NCBI RefSeq assembly: GCF_964355755.1
Contig: NC_092676.1
Coordinates: forward strand, 23,020,871 to 23,084,870
Reading direction: 5' to 3'
Source of the DNA: Antedon mediterranea
Lineage: Eukaryota; Animalia; Echinodermata
DNA: 64,000 bases
Position 1 is the stretch's first letter. Each line of letters opens with the position of its first letter. A program made the translations under genes and the position numbers. Below the pieces are notes generated by a model. That model was not told the origin of the DNA. It saw only the letters and a list, made by a program, of their open reading frames with translations, and ran no database searches. Below are positions 50,797 through 64,000 of this stretch, piece after piece.

Positions 50797-51575
50797 GTTT
50801 TATTTATTTATTTATTTATTTCGGTAGAAAAAACATATAGAGCCTATACACAAAAAAGTATTGCATTTACACATGAAGAAATAATTTCTATATGATTTAC
50901 ATAAATACTGTATAAAAAGTACACAAAAACATTAAAACATTAACATAGAAAAAATATCAATACATTAAGTAGTAAAAATGTAAACAAAAAACATTCAAAC
51001 ACGATAAAGTCATACAAAAACAAAGAAAAAATCAACCACAGCGAAAAAGTGATAAAAATTCATTAGATTGAGAGTCGGTGGAACATTGCATATGACCTAT
51101 GACTGGCGCTGTATTAAAGAATTTGGCTACGATACTGGACATATTAGTTAGATGCAGAAGAATCTTCGGTACTAATTCAGTGAAGGAATGATCTATCGCA
51201 CAATTAGGCCTTATGGATAGTAGAGAATCGGATTGACGAGTTAATCGAAATAAATTAAGGATTACCACCTCACTTCCAGCAAAAGAATTGGAATACACCT
51301 GTGTTATTTTTGGTTATCAATCACTTAATTGGCATGCTCAACTTAACCAATTGGAAGACTAAACTTTCTATTGTATACCCTTGTTAATCGTTCGTAAAAT
51401 AATAGATTGGATAAAAGTCACCTAAAATATCTAAAAGACTCTTTGAGAGATTAGATACAAACAACTTTACTGTACTTTGGTAAAAATAAGAATTAAAAGC
51501 GCTTTCGTTAACGTGACTATGGAACAGTAGAAGAAAGCTAGGCCTATTTAATTCTAGTTGTAGTCTCGACCTCAC
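50797..51575 (-). mobile_element. Degenerate LINE (CR1/L2-like) 3' fragment
   Basis: (TAAA)n tail at about 50797-50822 on the minus strand, preceded by broken ORF-like segments (SAFNSYFYQSTVKLF). Weak; similar LINE-tail-like segments occur near 14345-14410, 17790-17890, 42000-42050 and 58700-58990. Confidence 0.35.
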
Positions 51576-51838
51576 GTGTGAAGTCTAACCAAACAAGACT
51601 AATAATGTGAGACATTTAAATAATAAGTCACTGTTAGCATTTTTTTATGGCAGGAATGAATGGTAGTGTTCATGTTTAATTTTGTTTTTACGTGAATTTA
51701 AACCCACGGCTATAGTTTTCCTAAGTAGGACATAACAACCTTTGCTGTCTTTACTATCTAATATTTCAATAGTCTAGTATGTGTATCTTTCCTAATGTAT
51801 ATGTAAACTGCATGTCATTTGTTAGATGTGCCTATATA

Positions 51839-51970
51839 AAGATCTGTCTACACCACCAAACGTTTGTGACAACAAATGTGATGTGCCCATATATGGACAT
51901 GATGATGTCATATCATTGGGCACATAACACTTTTTATCCAACTAGTTTGATACAGTTTAGACAGATCTTA
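51839..51970. mobile_element. Copy of the 21-bp-array MITE family
   Basis: AGATCTGTCTACACC...GTGATGTGCCCATATATGGACATGATGATGTC...TAGACAGATCT. Confidence 0.7.
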
Positions 51971-54084
51971 TTAGTATACACGTTAACACTCAGTTGCGGA
52001 TCCAGGAATTTGACAGGGGTGCTAGGCTGTTATTGAAGAGTTTAGCTCAATGTTCTATCCTTTGCATTGGAAGTGGGGGCAATGGGGGTGGACTATTCTT
52101 TCCTTGGTCGACCTATGACCCTTGTATTGACAAGAATTGGAGATTAATGGTTTTGCTTGCTTTGGATTTTGAAATAATTATTTAATTAGGCTAGACGTTT
52201 ATTCTCAATTAAGCACAACTCTTTATAATCCTGGTTTCTTCTTTGATTTTGACAAACTTGCATAACATACGGCCCTTATTGACATGCTAATGATAACTTA
52301 GTAAATCGCCTTGAGTCCAGAAGCTGAAAATCTTTTAAGGGTTATACGCTATTTAGAAAATTATAGAACAAAACTTTAAGACAGACTGTTGAACGACTTC
52401 CGCTGGAATACAATATAGGTGTGTACTATATAATACATTTGATTTGATCTATTGTATAAGGATTATAGAATACAAACAGTAGCAAAGTTGTATAAGTGCA
52501 TATTAAAGTTATATATAGCGAAACCACTAATCATTAACTTACAATATCGTTTAAATGGTGTAGAAACCGCAGAAGTAAAACACAGTTGTATAGCTATAAC
52601 GTGTAGGCCTACTTATAGTAGAGCAATCTGTTTGCAATCATATTGCTTTTTTTCTTGCAATAAATGATGACTGAGTGTGAAACGACCAATAATTGTGTAA
52701 ATAATGTATTTGTCACTCTCATAACATAACATAATAGTTAAAAAGCTTCATCAAAATATATGACAAAAAAATAAAAAAATAAATCAGCTTTCACTAATCT
52801 AGTTTTGGTCTTTAACGTAAAATGCATTTATTTTAACACAATTTATTGTAAAGATTTATTGTAAATTAAATAATTTCCTTATCTTAAGCGTATTTCAAAT
52901 AAAGACCCATCATGCTGTTCTAGTAGATACTTTTAAAGTTTAAAATTAAAAGATATTTGTCTATAAACCAAACTAAATTAGATTTCTCACAGAAATATTA
53001 TACGTGAAGTTGATATTGATGTAGGCATAATAATGGTAAATTTCGAATCTGACATAATTTCTATTAAGAAATCAGCGAGGGGTTTATTGGGGCATTTTTT
53101 TAGATATTGGCTAATAGGATCATAGTATTTTCTGTTATTGTCAATTATTGCCACGAAAACGTGGATACAGCAATCTTACAGTCAAGTCAATATGGCGGCG
53201 ATGTCAAATTGTCTTTTATTACGTATATGTAACCATACATGTTGCTTGGCATTAAACAATTTATGTTTCATGATACACTTCTGAGTTTTCCGTGATTGCA
53301 TAATTTCATCAATGTTGTTTATGTAAAATGATGGGCGATAGTATTTCGGTTTAATTGCAAATGTTGAATATATGGTTTCAACTTTATACGTAGATGTCGA
53401 AATTAGGCTTTATTGTATTATTGAATTGAAAAATCGTATAGTTTCAATAATAAATTTGACATTTACAGTGTTTCTGAAGTAAACGTAAGTTCAAACTTAC
53501 TAGGCCTATTTGATTTGATAATAACTCACTCAATACAAATAAAACGAGACAGTTCACACACGCGGATACCGGTACGGTATAGGCCCTAATGGAAAACTAC
53601 GGAAAAATGAAGTTTATAAATATTATAGAACCGTATATGAATTTAAACTAAATTCGCCCAAGCAGACATGGCATTACGGTTAGATTACTGTAATGCCATT
53701 TTGATGATCTACCAACAAATTCAACTTCTTTTAAATACTACAACTGGATTCTTGTATCTGTTTTTCTCTCATCTTTATTTTTAAGAGTGATTAACATTAG
53801 AATCTGTATGGTTATTTATTGGAATGCTTCCATAATCAAACCTAATCACATTCACTTAATTCATAACTAATTTGTTCATCTTTGTGATGAATGTTGATTA
53901 ATAAATCAGTCTCTTCGTTGTTGCAATCTGGTGACCTCGTGACGACGGGGCAAACATTGGTGATCCAGACAAAATTCGCTAAAGTACTATTTCAGTTTTC
54001 ACTGGGTACTGGGTAAGTCAACTAGCCTCTTTCTCCCTAAAAATATTACCTAAACTGATTATAGCAGGCCTATTATTTGTTCTC

Positions 54085-54215
54085 GCTTGGTTCCCACTAG
54101 GACCAAACGCAAGTGAGTTGATCAATCACAAGCGACAGTTAGAATAATCTATCGCTTGCGATTGGTCAAATCACTTTTGCGTTGCACTTACGCCCGTGTG
54201 TTGCGTCTTAACGTA
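54085..54215. mobile_element. Palindromic MITE family GCTTGGTTCCCACTAG (degenerate relatives near 11437-11565, 13745-13833, 17110-17192, 36735-36806)
   Basis: Shared internal inverted motif TGACCAATCACAAGCG...CGCTTGCGATTGGTCAA and terminal GCTTGGTTCC / GGAACCAAGC. Confidence 0.6.
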
Positions 54216-56564
54216 GCTTTAACCCCGTGTACTTTTAATAAATTTATCTCTATAAAATATTCATAGAATAGCAAGCACGCGTCCTTCCTCAAAGGAGGAA
54301 TTATGCGGTCAATCAGAAGTTCTTTCTTGTCATAACAATCAGTATATCGCATATCAAATCTAGCAAGCCTACAGCGTACATGTAATTATTCTAAATAGAC
54401 AGCAAATTAAACCAATCATTACTGTCTTAACACATAATTACTGCTTAAAGTCGAATAGCAATTCGATATTTAACTTGGTTCAGACCAAGTACTTTAGTAA
54501 CTTCAATATTGACACTGTACACTGTAAGTAGTCAGAATCTACGTTCACAAGCTGATCGCTGACTATAGAAAACTTACTTGAACCAATACAGTCATTAATA
54601 CTTCCATTATATATGTGCATTTAGCGAACATTGATAATACAAGCTTTTAACAGGTATGGCTTTTATAATCTGGCGACGGAAGTAAGCTCGGAGACAGTAA
54701 TCAAAGCCTAGGGTTACCCCCTTGTCTACGCCCAGACAATCCCAGCTTCTGGCTAGAAATCGTGCAAACTAATAGGGACGTAGAGTGAGTTGTGATTCCC
54801 CCAGGATGGCAGGCAATGTATACAGAAAGGTCAAGACTAAATGTAATCTCAGCCCAATATCAGTGTAGGCCTACAGTGAATTGACTTGTAGGATTTGAAG
54901 TTAATCTATCCACAATAGATGCTCAACAATTAGTAACAGAAATTATATAGATTTAGTTGTCGATAACACGTATGATTGGGATAGCCGACGACTGAATACA
55001 AACTAGTCAACATCCCCGGGCACAATACCTTGGTCCGCTATTAGAATTCAGTTGTCTTACTAACTGCAAACATCGATAAGAAAAGACGTTCAATTCACAG
55101 CTTAAACTTAATTACAACTCAATCCAATAGCAAATATGATCTTGAAAGTAAACCCTGGTTTTTCTATAGCCAGATTGATCACGTTTCTGAATGAGTGTAT
55201 TTGTCATTCTTAGGCGAAATATGTAGGCCTATGTTACGGCACAAACATAAATCTCCTTGCACTGACCATGTAATTTACCACAACCTATATATAAACTAAG
55301 ATGGGTAACTAAACCTAAAATATAACTGTACGCAAAACATATGCCATATATTAACTTTAATGAACAAATAATGCTAACTTGTTCTCGTTCTGGTGATGGT
55401 ATTGTTTCATGGATTTTGATTTCCACGCAGGTATGGAAATGAGAAAGGAAAGATGAAAGAAATTCTTAATACATTATTACAGTCTTATATTATATACTTT
55501 GTACATCATTGTACATTTTGCACACATTCTTGCTTATTAATATATGATAAATCACCTTCCTTTCTTTACCAACTTTTTTAAAGGTAAATCTTTTGAATTA
55601 CTATTCAAAAACGTGCAAATATATAATCATTTTTTTAATCTATCTACCCAGTCGAAATACTTAAATGTATAGTTTCTTTTAGACTAAATCATTAATTTTA
55701 CTAATGAGAATATTACTCTCTAATTATCAATGTTTAGTACTATACTTTATGGCGTTAAAACATCCCCGGGGGTTCCTCCTCAAATACCTGAACTAAGTTA
55801 ATTTGGTTCATTAAATCATCAATACACGTCATCACTAACTCTAAAAAACCTAACCAATGATGTGGAGTTGATAGGCCTACTAATTATTTGATACACAGTG
55901 CTGACAAACACAGATTAACTTCTGTTACATGTAACAATTCAAAGTTTCTAGTATCTCTTCATCCTTTGATGAGTCAGATTAATGAGGTCATACACATTTT
56001 GATTGGCTTGCCATCACAATAATGTGATCTAGATACAATCCGATTAACATTGAGATCTGATATTGATTGACAATCTTAGGTGTAAGTAAACAATACATAC
56101 TAGTAATTGAAATACAATAGTAACAATAATTTAAATACAAACAATAAAAATAATGACTGGAAATGATCTAAACGCTGATGATTTTCTAGTGTTGATACGA
56201 CGCCCTCGATAGGCCTATACTTTTACTTGAGACTCAAAACTTAATTACTCATTATAGACCAATCTATCTTGTTTCCATTTGCAATAAAAGAATGATACAA
56301 CTACTATAAAGGCCTTGATAAAATAAATGAAACACAATTATTCATAATTTCTTCAGTGTTTCAAACAGTTGAAAGCAATTAATGAAACTGTTAACGATCA
56401 ACATAGCGGACCAAGAGAAGACTGATTCTTTATTTTACTTTATTAGTTTATTAGTTGCAACTTCAAGAAGTGAGTCTTTCCGGTTCTTATTATGTGCGAC
56501 TGATTTGTTAGTAGACACTCAAGCGCAGACATGTTTATGCCAAAATAGACTCCGTTGTTGTTAA

Positions 56565-56855
56565 AGATGTACTGTCCCCCTGAAAAAAATAATTCTTACA
56601 ATTTAACCAAAAATTGGATCAAAACAGAAATTATTTACCTGAAATAGCCAACGGATTTGATTTAATCTAACCAGGGAGTTGTTATTAGATTATTAGCTAA
56701 TAACAACTCCCTGATCTAACCATTTTATTTTGTCAATTAGTGAAAACATTTTTGTTTTTATGGAAGAGATTTACTCTATTAAAACTACAAAATTAACTTT
56801 CAAAGTCTGATTTAATTAATCTTCATTTTTTTATGTTTCGGGGGACAATACATCT
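56565..56855. mobile_element. Shorter MITE of the same TIR family (TTAA TSD) with a different interior
   Basis: TTAA|AGATGTACTGTCCCC...GGGGACAATACATCT|TTAA. A lone related end also occurs near 25450-25480. Confidence 0.75.
56672..56713. mobile_element. 42-bp TIR-only mini-element with a 7-bp target duplication, nested in a MITE
   Basis: ATCTAAC|CAGGGAGTTGTTATTAG-attattag-CTAATAACAACTCCCTG|ATCTAAC. Confidence 0.7.
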
Positions 56856-59800
56856 TTAACCTTTTTGTCAAACCTACTCTACTACACACTTTGATAAGAT
56901 TTCATATTTGGTGATATTGTTTGCACAAAATCAACATCTGCAGAATGATCAGATCACCTTCATTAGTAATACTTGCCTTACATTGATGAAATATCTCATA
57001 ATGATTTTAATTGTGAATTAAAACAACTCACAGCTTATCTCACCTTTTGCTGTAATTGTATTCTCAGGTTTGTGTATCATTAGTGACGATTTAGGTATTT
57101 AGAAAACAATGCATTTCCTAATTTCAAGTCAAGAGTCACCATGAAAGCTAATCATTGTCTGCTTCTTATTCGCGCCAAATTCTCATGTGTACGAATGTGA
57201 AACTGCCATGAAAACTCGTCGCAGTAATGGAATGGTACTTTAATCTACTATACTTCTCCAGTCAGTCGGATAACCAGTAGAATTATCCCCTGTTTGTGAC
57301 TTTTTGGTGATCTTTTCAAACCTTACAGTGCATGTAATGAGGTTTGTTTATTTATTTGCCAATGCAAATGAAAGCCAGCCTTTCTAAACAGTCTTCCGCC
57401 GTGTTGCTTCCATTCTGGGAGTAATTCTTCAGCGTGTCAGCTCTTTGATTGACTTTTCGGTGTATCAAGCCAACCGAACAGGTTCTCACCGCCCAGAACA
57501 GTCTTCGACTTTTTCCCAGTCTTTGCTACCATAAGAACCTTTGTTCAAGCAACTTACAAATGTCAACACAAATTGCTTTTAGAGTAACTGAATCATAGAT
57601 GGATTTGAATCGAAATTTCTTCGGTTTATTTGCTAAGAAAAGTTTCTCATCGGATATCATTAGAGTTTTTTCTGTCTGACTGGGTTTCTTTTTCTGTTTC
57701 ACTTTAAAAAGTTGAAAATTCACACGCCTAATTGTTATTTTGCTTTCAAATTGTTATTTTAAAGTTTTTTTATACCAACTTTTAAGTTGGTATAAAGTTA
57801 CATTCATTCGAGCTTTCACAATGATTATTAATAAACATTACACGTATGTAGAAAATATTCAAAATATGAAATACCATAATAATTGTAACATGCATGCAAG
57901 GCCTACAATGAAAAAAATCCATAATGTGTAGTTTTATGCTATTAGGCCTTCCTTTTAAGGTTTCGTTTTTGTAAATATCCCACAGTGAGACTTAATTTGA
58001 CAAAAGTTAAATAAAAATAGTTTTCCAATCTGAAGTTTTTTTTGTTATCATTCATTTCGTTTTCTAAAGATTTTTGCTTGTCTTTTGCGAGATACACTTA
58101 CATATATTCTCATTTTCATTAAAAAATACTCGATGTGCATAATTTTAGTTTGATTTTTCGGTTTTGTATTATTTTTTGTTGTACAGTATATATAGAATAT
58201 TTATTCTTAAATAAAGTGATCAAATTAAATCAAATAATTAAATCACCAAATCGTAATCTTCAACATTTGTGATTGTTGGCCTAATCGATCATTGAGGTTA
58301 CGGTACTATGATCTCACGAACAAAAATACATAATAGTTTCATATTATAGGTGTCATATTTTAATATTTGTTGAGAAATTTTAATTCCCTTGCAACTAACA
58401 TTATATTTGATACAATAGATATGTATGCAACAGGCGTTATAGCCTTCAAAATGTACGTCATGGTTTGGCGTAATAATCATTTACATCATTCAAAGCAACA
58501 AAAAGCTAAATTGATTTTCTATCTTTTTTGTCAATATCTTAACACGATATGAAAATGACATGATCATACGATTAAAAGTGCGTTTGTTAAATGTCATGGA
58601 AGTTTTCGGAGATGTTTAGTCAGGGTGGAGATGCGGGGGTTGAATCTGGATTTGAGGTGATAATTTATGCTTTCAAGCTTATTGTTTCACACAATACAAT
58701 ATAATACAGAACATAAATTAATAAATATAATTGTTTGAGGAGGACGCATTAATAAGCCAAGGCTTTAAGTTTGGTCCTCCAGATAAATAAATATATATTT
58801 AATTTAAGTGAGAGAAAAAAAAACACTTCCTTCTTTCGTCTAATTGACAAATAAAATTAAGCAAAAAGGCACATTAAAGAGAAAAAAAAATATTCTTAAT
58901 GCAATTGTGAATACTATGAATACTAATACATACTAATGTTCTAACAATTTGAAATCAGTATTTGTTTTTATAATGTTTTAAATGAATTTATGATGTGTAT
59001 TGCTTTGACATACATAATTGAAAAAAAAGACAAAAAACAGCTTTCGGCTGATTTACAGATATTCTAATTATTAAATATATGCTAGCAATGTCTACGAGTG
59101 ATCAATATAACTCGGATTGGATAATTTTTTGAGTAAAATAATGTGTTATAGGCCTAAACTAGTAAAATGTTTCCTTTGGTTCTGTCTGTGTATAACAAAT
59201 ATCAGGTAAATGCTGGTAAATTCACAGATTAATTTGCATATTATTGGCACAGAACAACTTTTAAGATGATTAAAAAGATATTATTGTTATGTATTGTATT
59301 AATTCATAAACGAAATAAGCTTAAGAGACTAATCCAAATAATTGTCTCTTTTAGAGGAAGTCATTTTTAAAAGGTGCGTTTATCTTTTTACACAATCTGC
59401 TTTTCATTAATTTGCATTGGAACCAGACTTCAAAGATTCCGATATTTCATAAAGCGTCATAATCCTAAAATTGATTTTTATCGTCTGTTTTGTCACGTGT
59501 TCCGCAAGCCAGACGATTAAATCTCTCCGCACGGAAGGGGCATACCGAAAAGGGGGTAAGTGTCAAAGCCACTTGCTAATTTCCTCAACTTTAAATATGC
59601 ACGCATGCGTGTCGTCGGATTGAGGAACACATTGACCTAGTGTTAAAGTTATGAATGGATTTAAAGTCGAGCTGTCACCTTAGGCCTAGCGAGGACAGGT
59701 GTAAGCATCGAGCCGACTGGATTGCCTCTCCACCCGGGCGGAAAAACAAAGTATATGTCACAGCACACTCTGTCAAGCTAATCTCCCCTTGACTGATGTT

Positions 59801-62800
59801 CACTGACTGCAAAATATCGTTTTCTTTCTGAGCATAGCACTGTGCAACAGTTATAACTAATAAGTAGTGTTGTTAAAATCTTGTTCGGCTTATATTGTAG
59901 CCTATGGGTATATTAGTTGTGAGTATAAAGACTAAACTTTATTTTCACTGCCCAAATCCGCAGATTATTCCTCTACAAGCGGATTTTTTATATTGTTTAA
60001 CGCTAACTACGGCGGAAGGAAAGGATTTGAAATCCTAAAATTGATACAGAAATTCTAAGGCCTTAAGCAAAACGCAACAGTTTCTCTACTAATATTTTCT
60101 TTTGGATTTTCATTTTTCAATCGACTGAAAAAAACAATTGGCAATTTAATACATTGATTCTGAAAGCCATGCATATTTCTATTAACGTTTGTTTTTCCAT
60201 TCATTATGAAAAATAGCTTTTTGTCTTTGAAACAAAGGTGTTTGGCTTCCCTTTGGCTAAATGAATGGTATTGAACAAACACTTCATACAGGTATAAACA
60301 GGTAAAAAAACAAAGTCACGGGATCGGAAAAATTGTCCCCTGGATAGAATAAAATAACCCTTGATAAGATTAAAAAATAATTTCTTCAAAAGTTTTATTG
60401 GTTTATGATTTAAACTTACGTTTACTAATCCAAATAAAAATATACTTTAAGGGACTAGGGTTGATTAATTTAAATGTACTTACTTGAATGACATTGGTGT
60501 ACAGACGTCAACATGTTGTCAACTATTGTACACATTTTAACTTAAGTATGTATAAAAATTGACTGACGTCAGATATTTGCCAAGTACTAAATGCCAACTA
60601 AATGTTTGTGTGCATGTACACGATACACAGCATACTAGCGGTATATCCGTCTTTTTACATATTATGGTTCTTTTTTCCTGATCACTACAATCTGTCGGTC
60701 GGTCGGTAAACAATAACTTAAATTTGAGCACGCGACTGCTATATGGCCTTGTTTTTTTTACATTTGGTTATATGATTAAAAATTTAGTTTAGGTATGTAC
60801 ACTAAAACATTCTTAAAAATCTGACATTGTAGGCCTACATTTAAAATTATCATAAAAGCAGAAAATATACATAGGCCTACATACATGCGAACACATAACA
60901 CTATTACATAAGATATAACCACACATTAATGTGAAGTATATATAAAAGAGTAAAACTCGCGATGTTAAAAAGTGTATTTACGTCTTGCGTACAATTTAAA
61001 AATAACAAAATAAAAAAAAATATACAAAAAGTCACATAATTACAAAAAGCATTTCAATATATAATGTGCTTGGGTATAATAATAATAATTATATATAGGA
61101 TTTATAAAATATCAAACATACTAAACAAACCCATATTTTCTTTGATGTTAGCCTATTTTTGTTTTGTTGTTGTTACAAGCTTATTCATGGTTTATTAAAT
61201 GGAATGTTCTGTTTTGTATATACTCCAAATTGTTTGTGAAACATTTTCTCCATTCAACCATGGAGGTATAAAAACATTCAACCATGTATTATATCCTAAA
61301 TATATTATAGAACTTGAATGGCGATAACATTTGCAGGAAAAATCGAAAAAAATGTATGCCTACTGTATTCAGTTATTCATGTAAATAACATTACTATTGT
61401 ATTATAAGAGTGTGTTAGCTTAAAACCATGCTAATTACGAAGACGTGCTTCGCGGTACACAGAGTGTGTTGAACTTCAGATTTTTAATTTCGTTTATTCG
61501 AATAAAGGCCCCGTGGCGTTTATTTTTCAGGAACGTTTTTTAGGGGAGGGGATGGTGGTTACGTTTAATCAAGGGCTTTTATTTTGTTGGGTGTAATGTG
61601 GTGTAATGTATAATAAAATAAAATACCTTCTAGATATGAAAAAATAGACATACAACACAACTAATAGAAGTGATAAAATACAGTTTAAAAATGTATCAAA
61701 ATGGTTCTTTAGAGTGCAATGAAGGGGTAATGCATTCATTATTCATAACCCTGGGTGTACATATAGCAACTCGTCATAATGTCAATCAAATGAATATCTT
61801 AAAATGATAACTGTACTGCTATTATCAAAGCTGAAACTTTCAGAGTATTTTCTCAAAACTTTTAGAATATTCAATTCTTAAAATATCATATAATCTAACT
61901 TTAAGCGATTTAAATTTGAATTAAAATATGGCGGGCATAATAATTCGTTGAGACTTTACCAAACTGCAGCTTTTTACACATTTACGTAATAGAATCCAGA
62001 GCCGTCGTCAATGAAGCACGCGCGCGTATTAAACAAATCAAGCATAAAACAATTAAAAATCTCACCAACTCAAAATCAGCATATCATAAACATACGCAAT
62101 TAGTTAGAATCAAAGTAATTAGTCAATCGGATTAGTAGGCCTGTCAAATCGGCTTATATTGTTTTGAATCTATTCAAGTTCTGTATATATGAACTTGGAT
62201 AAGACGGTGTTAATTGCTTTTTATAACAACTTATATTTCGCCAGGTGACACAGTTTAGTTTAGTACACAGTATCCTCTTTGTTGCAAAACGTTAGAGTAT
62301 AATGCGAGAACTTGTAAAATTATTGTTTTATATATAAGAAAATAAAACAAAATTTAACAGAACCTATATATTTATTGCTTGCTATAATATACAAAGAGGC
62401 GCAAATTGTAATGCAAAAGGACATCAAATTAAGCCCAGCCCTTCATTTCACCATTTTTATGCCCTGTGTGCCCCTCCTATTTCAGATCCGCCACTGTTAC
62501 ATATTCTTGGAATTGCATGTCACAATGTTGCTACTAGAAGTCCGATAAATTCTAAATGTTTTCGTATGCTATCAAAACCTTTGTTGTTTTTGTTCATTCT
62601 TTCAGATGATCAAGTCATAGGCCTATACAAATAAAAACAAGAACTAAACAAAATACATGCACATGCATGTTCTATGAGGAAGGGGTGGGTGGCGTTTATT
62701 CGATGGAGGCGTTTATTCAAAGCGGGATACTGTTTATTCGATCAAATAAATACGATGTTTTTAAAATTTGATTTACTGCATTCGAATATATTATTTCTAA

Positions 62801-64000
62801 ATTATGGAACAAATTGAAGGTGTGAAACCAGCTTATATGCCCAAAGGCTGGCTCCGGGAGCTTACCACAGCTGGGAGGAATGGATGGGCCTTACAATGTC
62901 CAAATAATATGGCTAGCTGCACAACAACAACGTAAAAGAATTATACGGAAGAAAACTATGTTTGAGAAACAACTTAAGAAACTTACTTTTAACTACATTC
63001 AAATGCTTGGTATTAAATAACTACTAAGTATTTTGTAAACATCTCTAAGTTTAAAAGTGAGTCAGTCTTTTAACTAAGTGTCACACTGAGTGAGACTTTT
63101 CACACGGGTGTGGTTACTAATGAATCCAAATAATACGAATGGTACTTAAATATAACACCACAATTCTACTTTGTAATTAAGTCAACAGAGACTACAATTT
63201 AAGAACACAATACTCGTAGTCGGTATCTCTTTCAAGTATTGCAACAGGTCAACAAGATTTGACCATTTCAATATGTATTCTTTGTCCTAAGGATTTATCT
63301 TAATGGTTAGAGAGATGCATGTAACTTAGTAGGCCTACTGTGACGTTGTCTGTAAGCTTACAACTTATGTATCCTGTACATTAATTCTCATGAAAAGTAT
63401 ATACTTTAGCTTATAATAATATGCAAACTGTTAAAGCATTTATCATTGGTAATCCCCAATTTTAAATAGAAACCCATCATCGAAACTAGAAAACCAAGAA
63501 CCAAGATAGTTTATTTTAGATAGAAAACGTTTCAATTGTTAATGGTAATAGTATTTCAGAATAGATCTAATAGGGTGAAAGATGGCGCTACCGAAAACAA
63601 CAGACCAGTCTTGATGGTGTGTGGAAAACTTTTCATATATGGCGGCGCCTGTGCGAGGAAGATGAGTGGCGGGTTTATTTTTTTTATAGTATAGACTATT
63701 ATCAACATTAGTTATCTTTTTAAATACATATTTCGTTTTATGCTCAATCCCTCTCCATTCTTATGTGAAATATGGATCAGCCACTACATATGCCTCGTGT
63801 GTAAAATGAACAGACAATAGGCCTACTGTATTAGTTTTATTTTTACACTCCAGTCTAGGCCTATATTTCAGAATGTATAAATGTCATAGAGCATCACATG
63901 TCACTATTGTTTTGCTGACGTGTCATTAAATTGTAGCCTTATGAGCAATAATTAATTTGTTTAAAGTTTTTGTAGGGAAGGGGGATAGAACACCAAGTCC

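Noticed and set aside
42000-54100. AAGTCA words as Tlx autoregulatory sites
   Set aside because: An AT-rich hexamer at a frequency I cannot distinguish from chance.
50127-60731. Short ORFs upstream of NR2E1
   Set aside because: Low-complexity, AT-biased translations with no motifs or chainable exon structure. Some are probable LINE debris.
61485-62760. GGCGTTTATTC repeats suggesting the two ends of a pogo/Tigger-like element
   Set aside because: The ends are degenerate, and I could not confirm a TSD or that they belong to one element.

Overview
AT-rich animal genomic DNA with spliceosomal GT-AG introns; probably an invertebrate deuterostome such as an echinoderm (inference from composition and repeats). 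I reconstructed three intact multi-exon genes by hand. (1) A DUF4062-NACHT-WD40 (NWD1/NWD2-like) STAND protein on the minus strand, 26 coding exons, about 1,624 aa, 5765-21481. (2) A mitochondrial AFG1-like ATPase (AFG1L/LACE1) on the plus strand, 10 exons, about 489 aa, 24414-32411, head-to-head with the NWD gene. (3) The nuclear receptor NR2E1/Tlx on the minus strand, 6 exons, about 374 aa, 40134-49632, flanked by gene-free DNA. The non-coding 5' end of a fourth gene may run off the left edge. The last AFG1L intron holds a 3.49-kb foldback Academ-like transposon with XPG-nuclease and Cys-rich relics in both arms; it is inserted in a MITE and carries a SINE. Several MITE, SINE and LINE families occur. 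The window is also strongly enriched in TA-GGCC-TA and TA-CWG-TA words that look like transposon excision footprints. I found no CRISPR array, rRNA, intact tRNA gene or prokaryotic-type system. Most short ORFs in the supplied track are exon fragments or noise.
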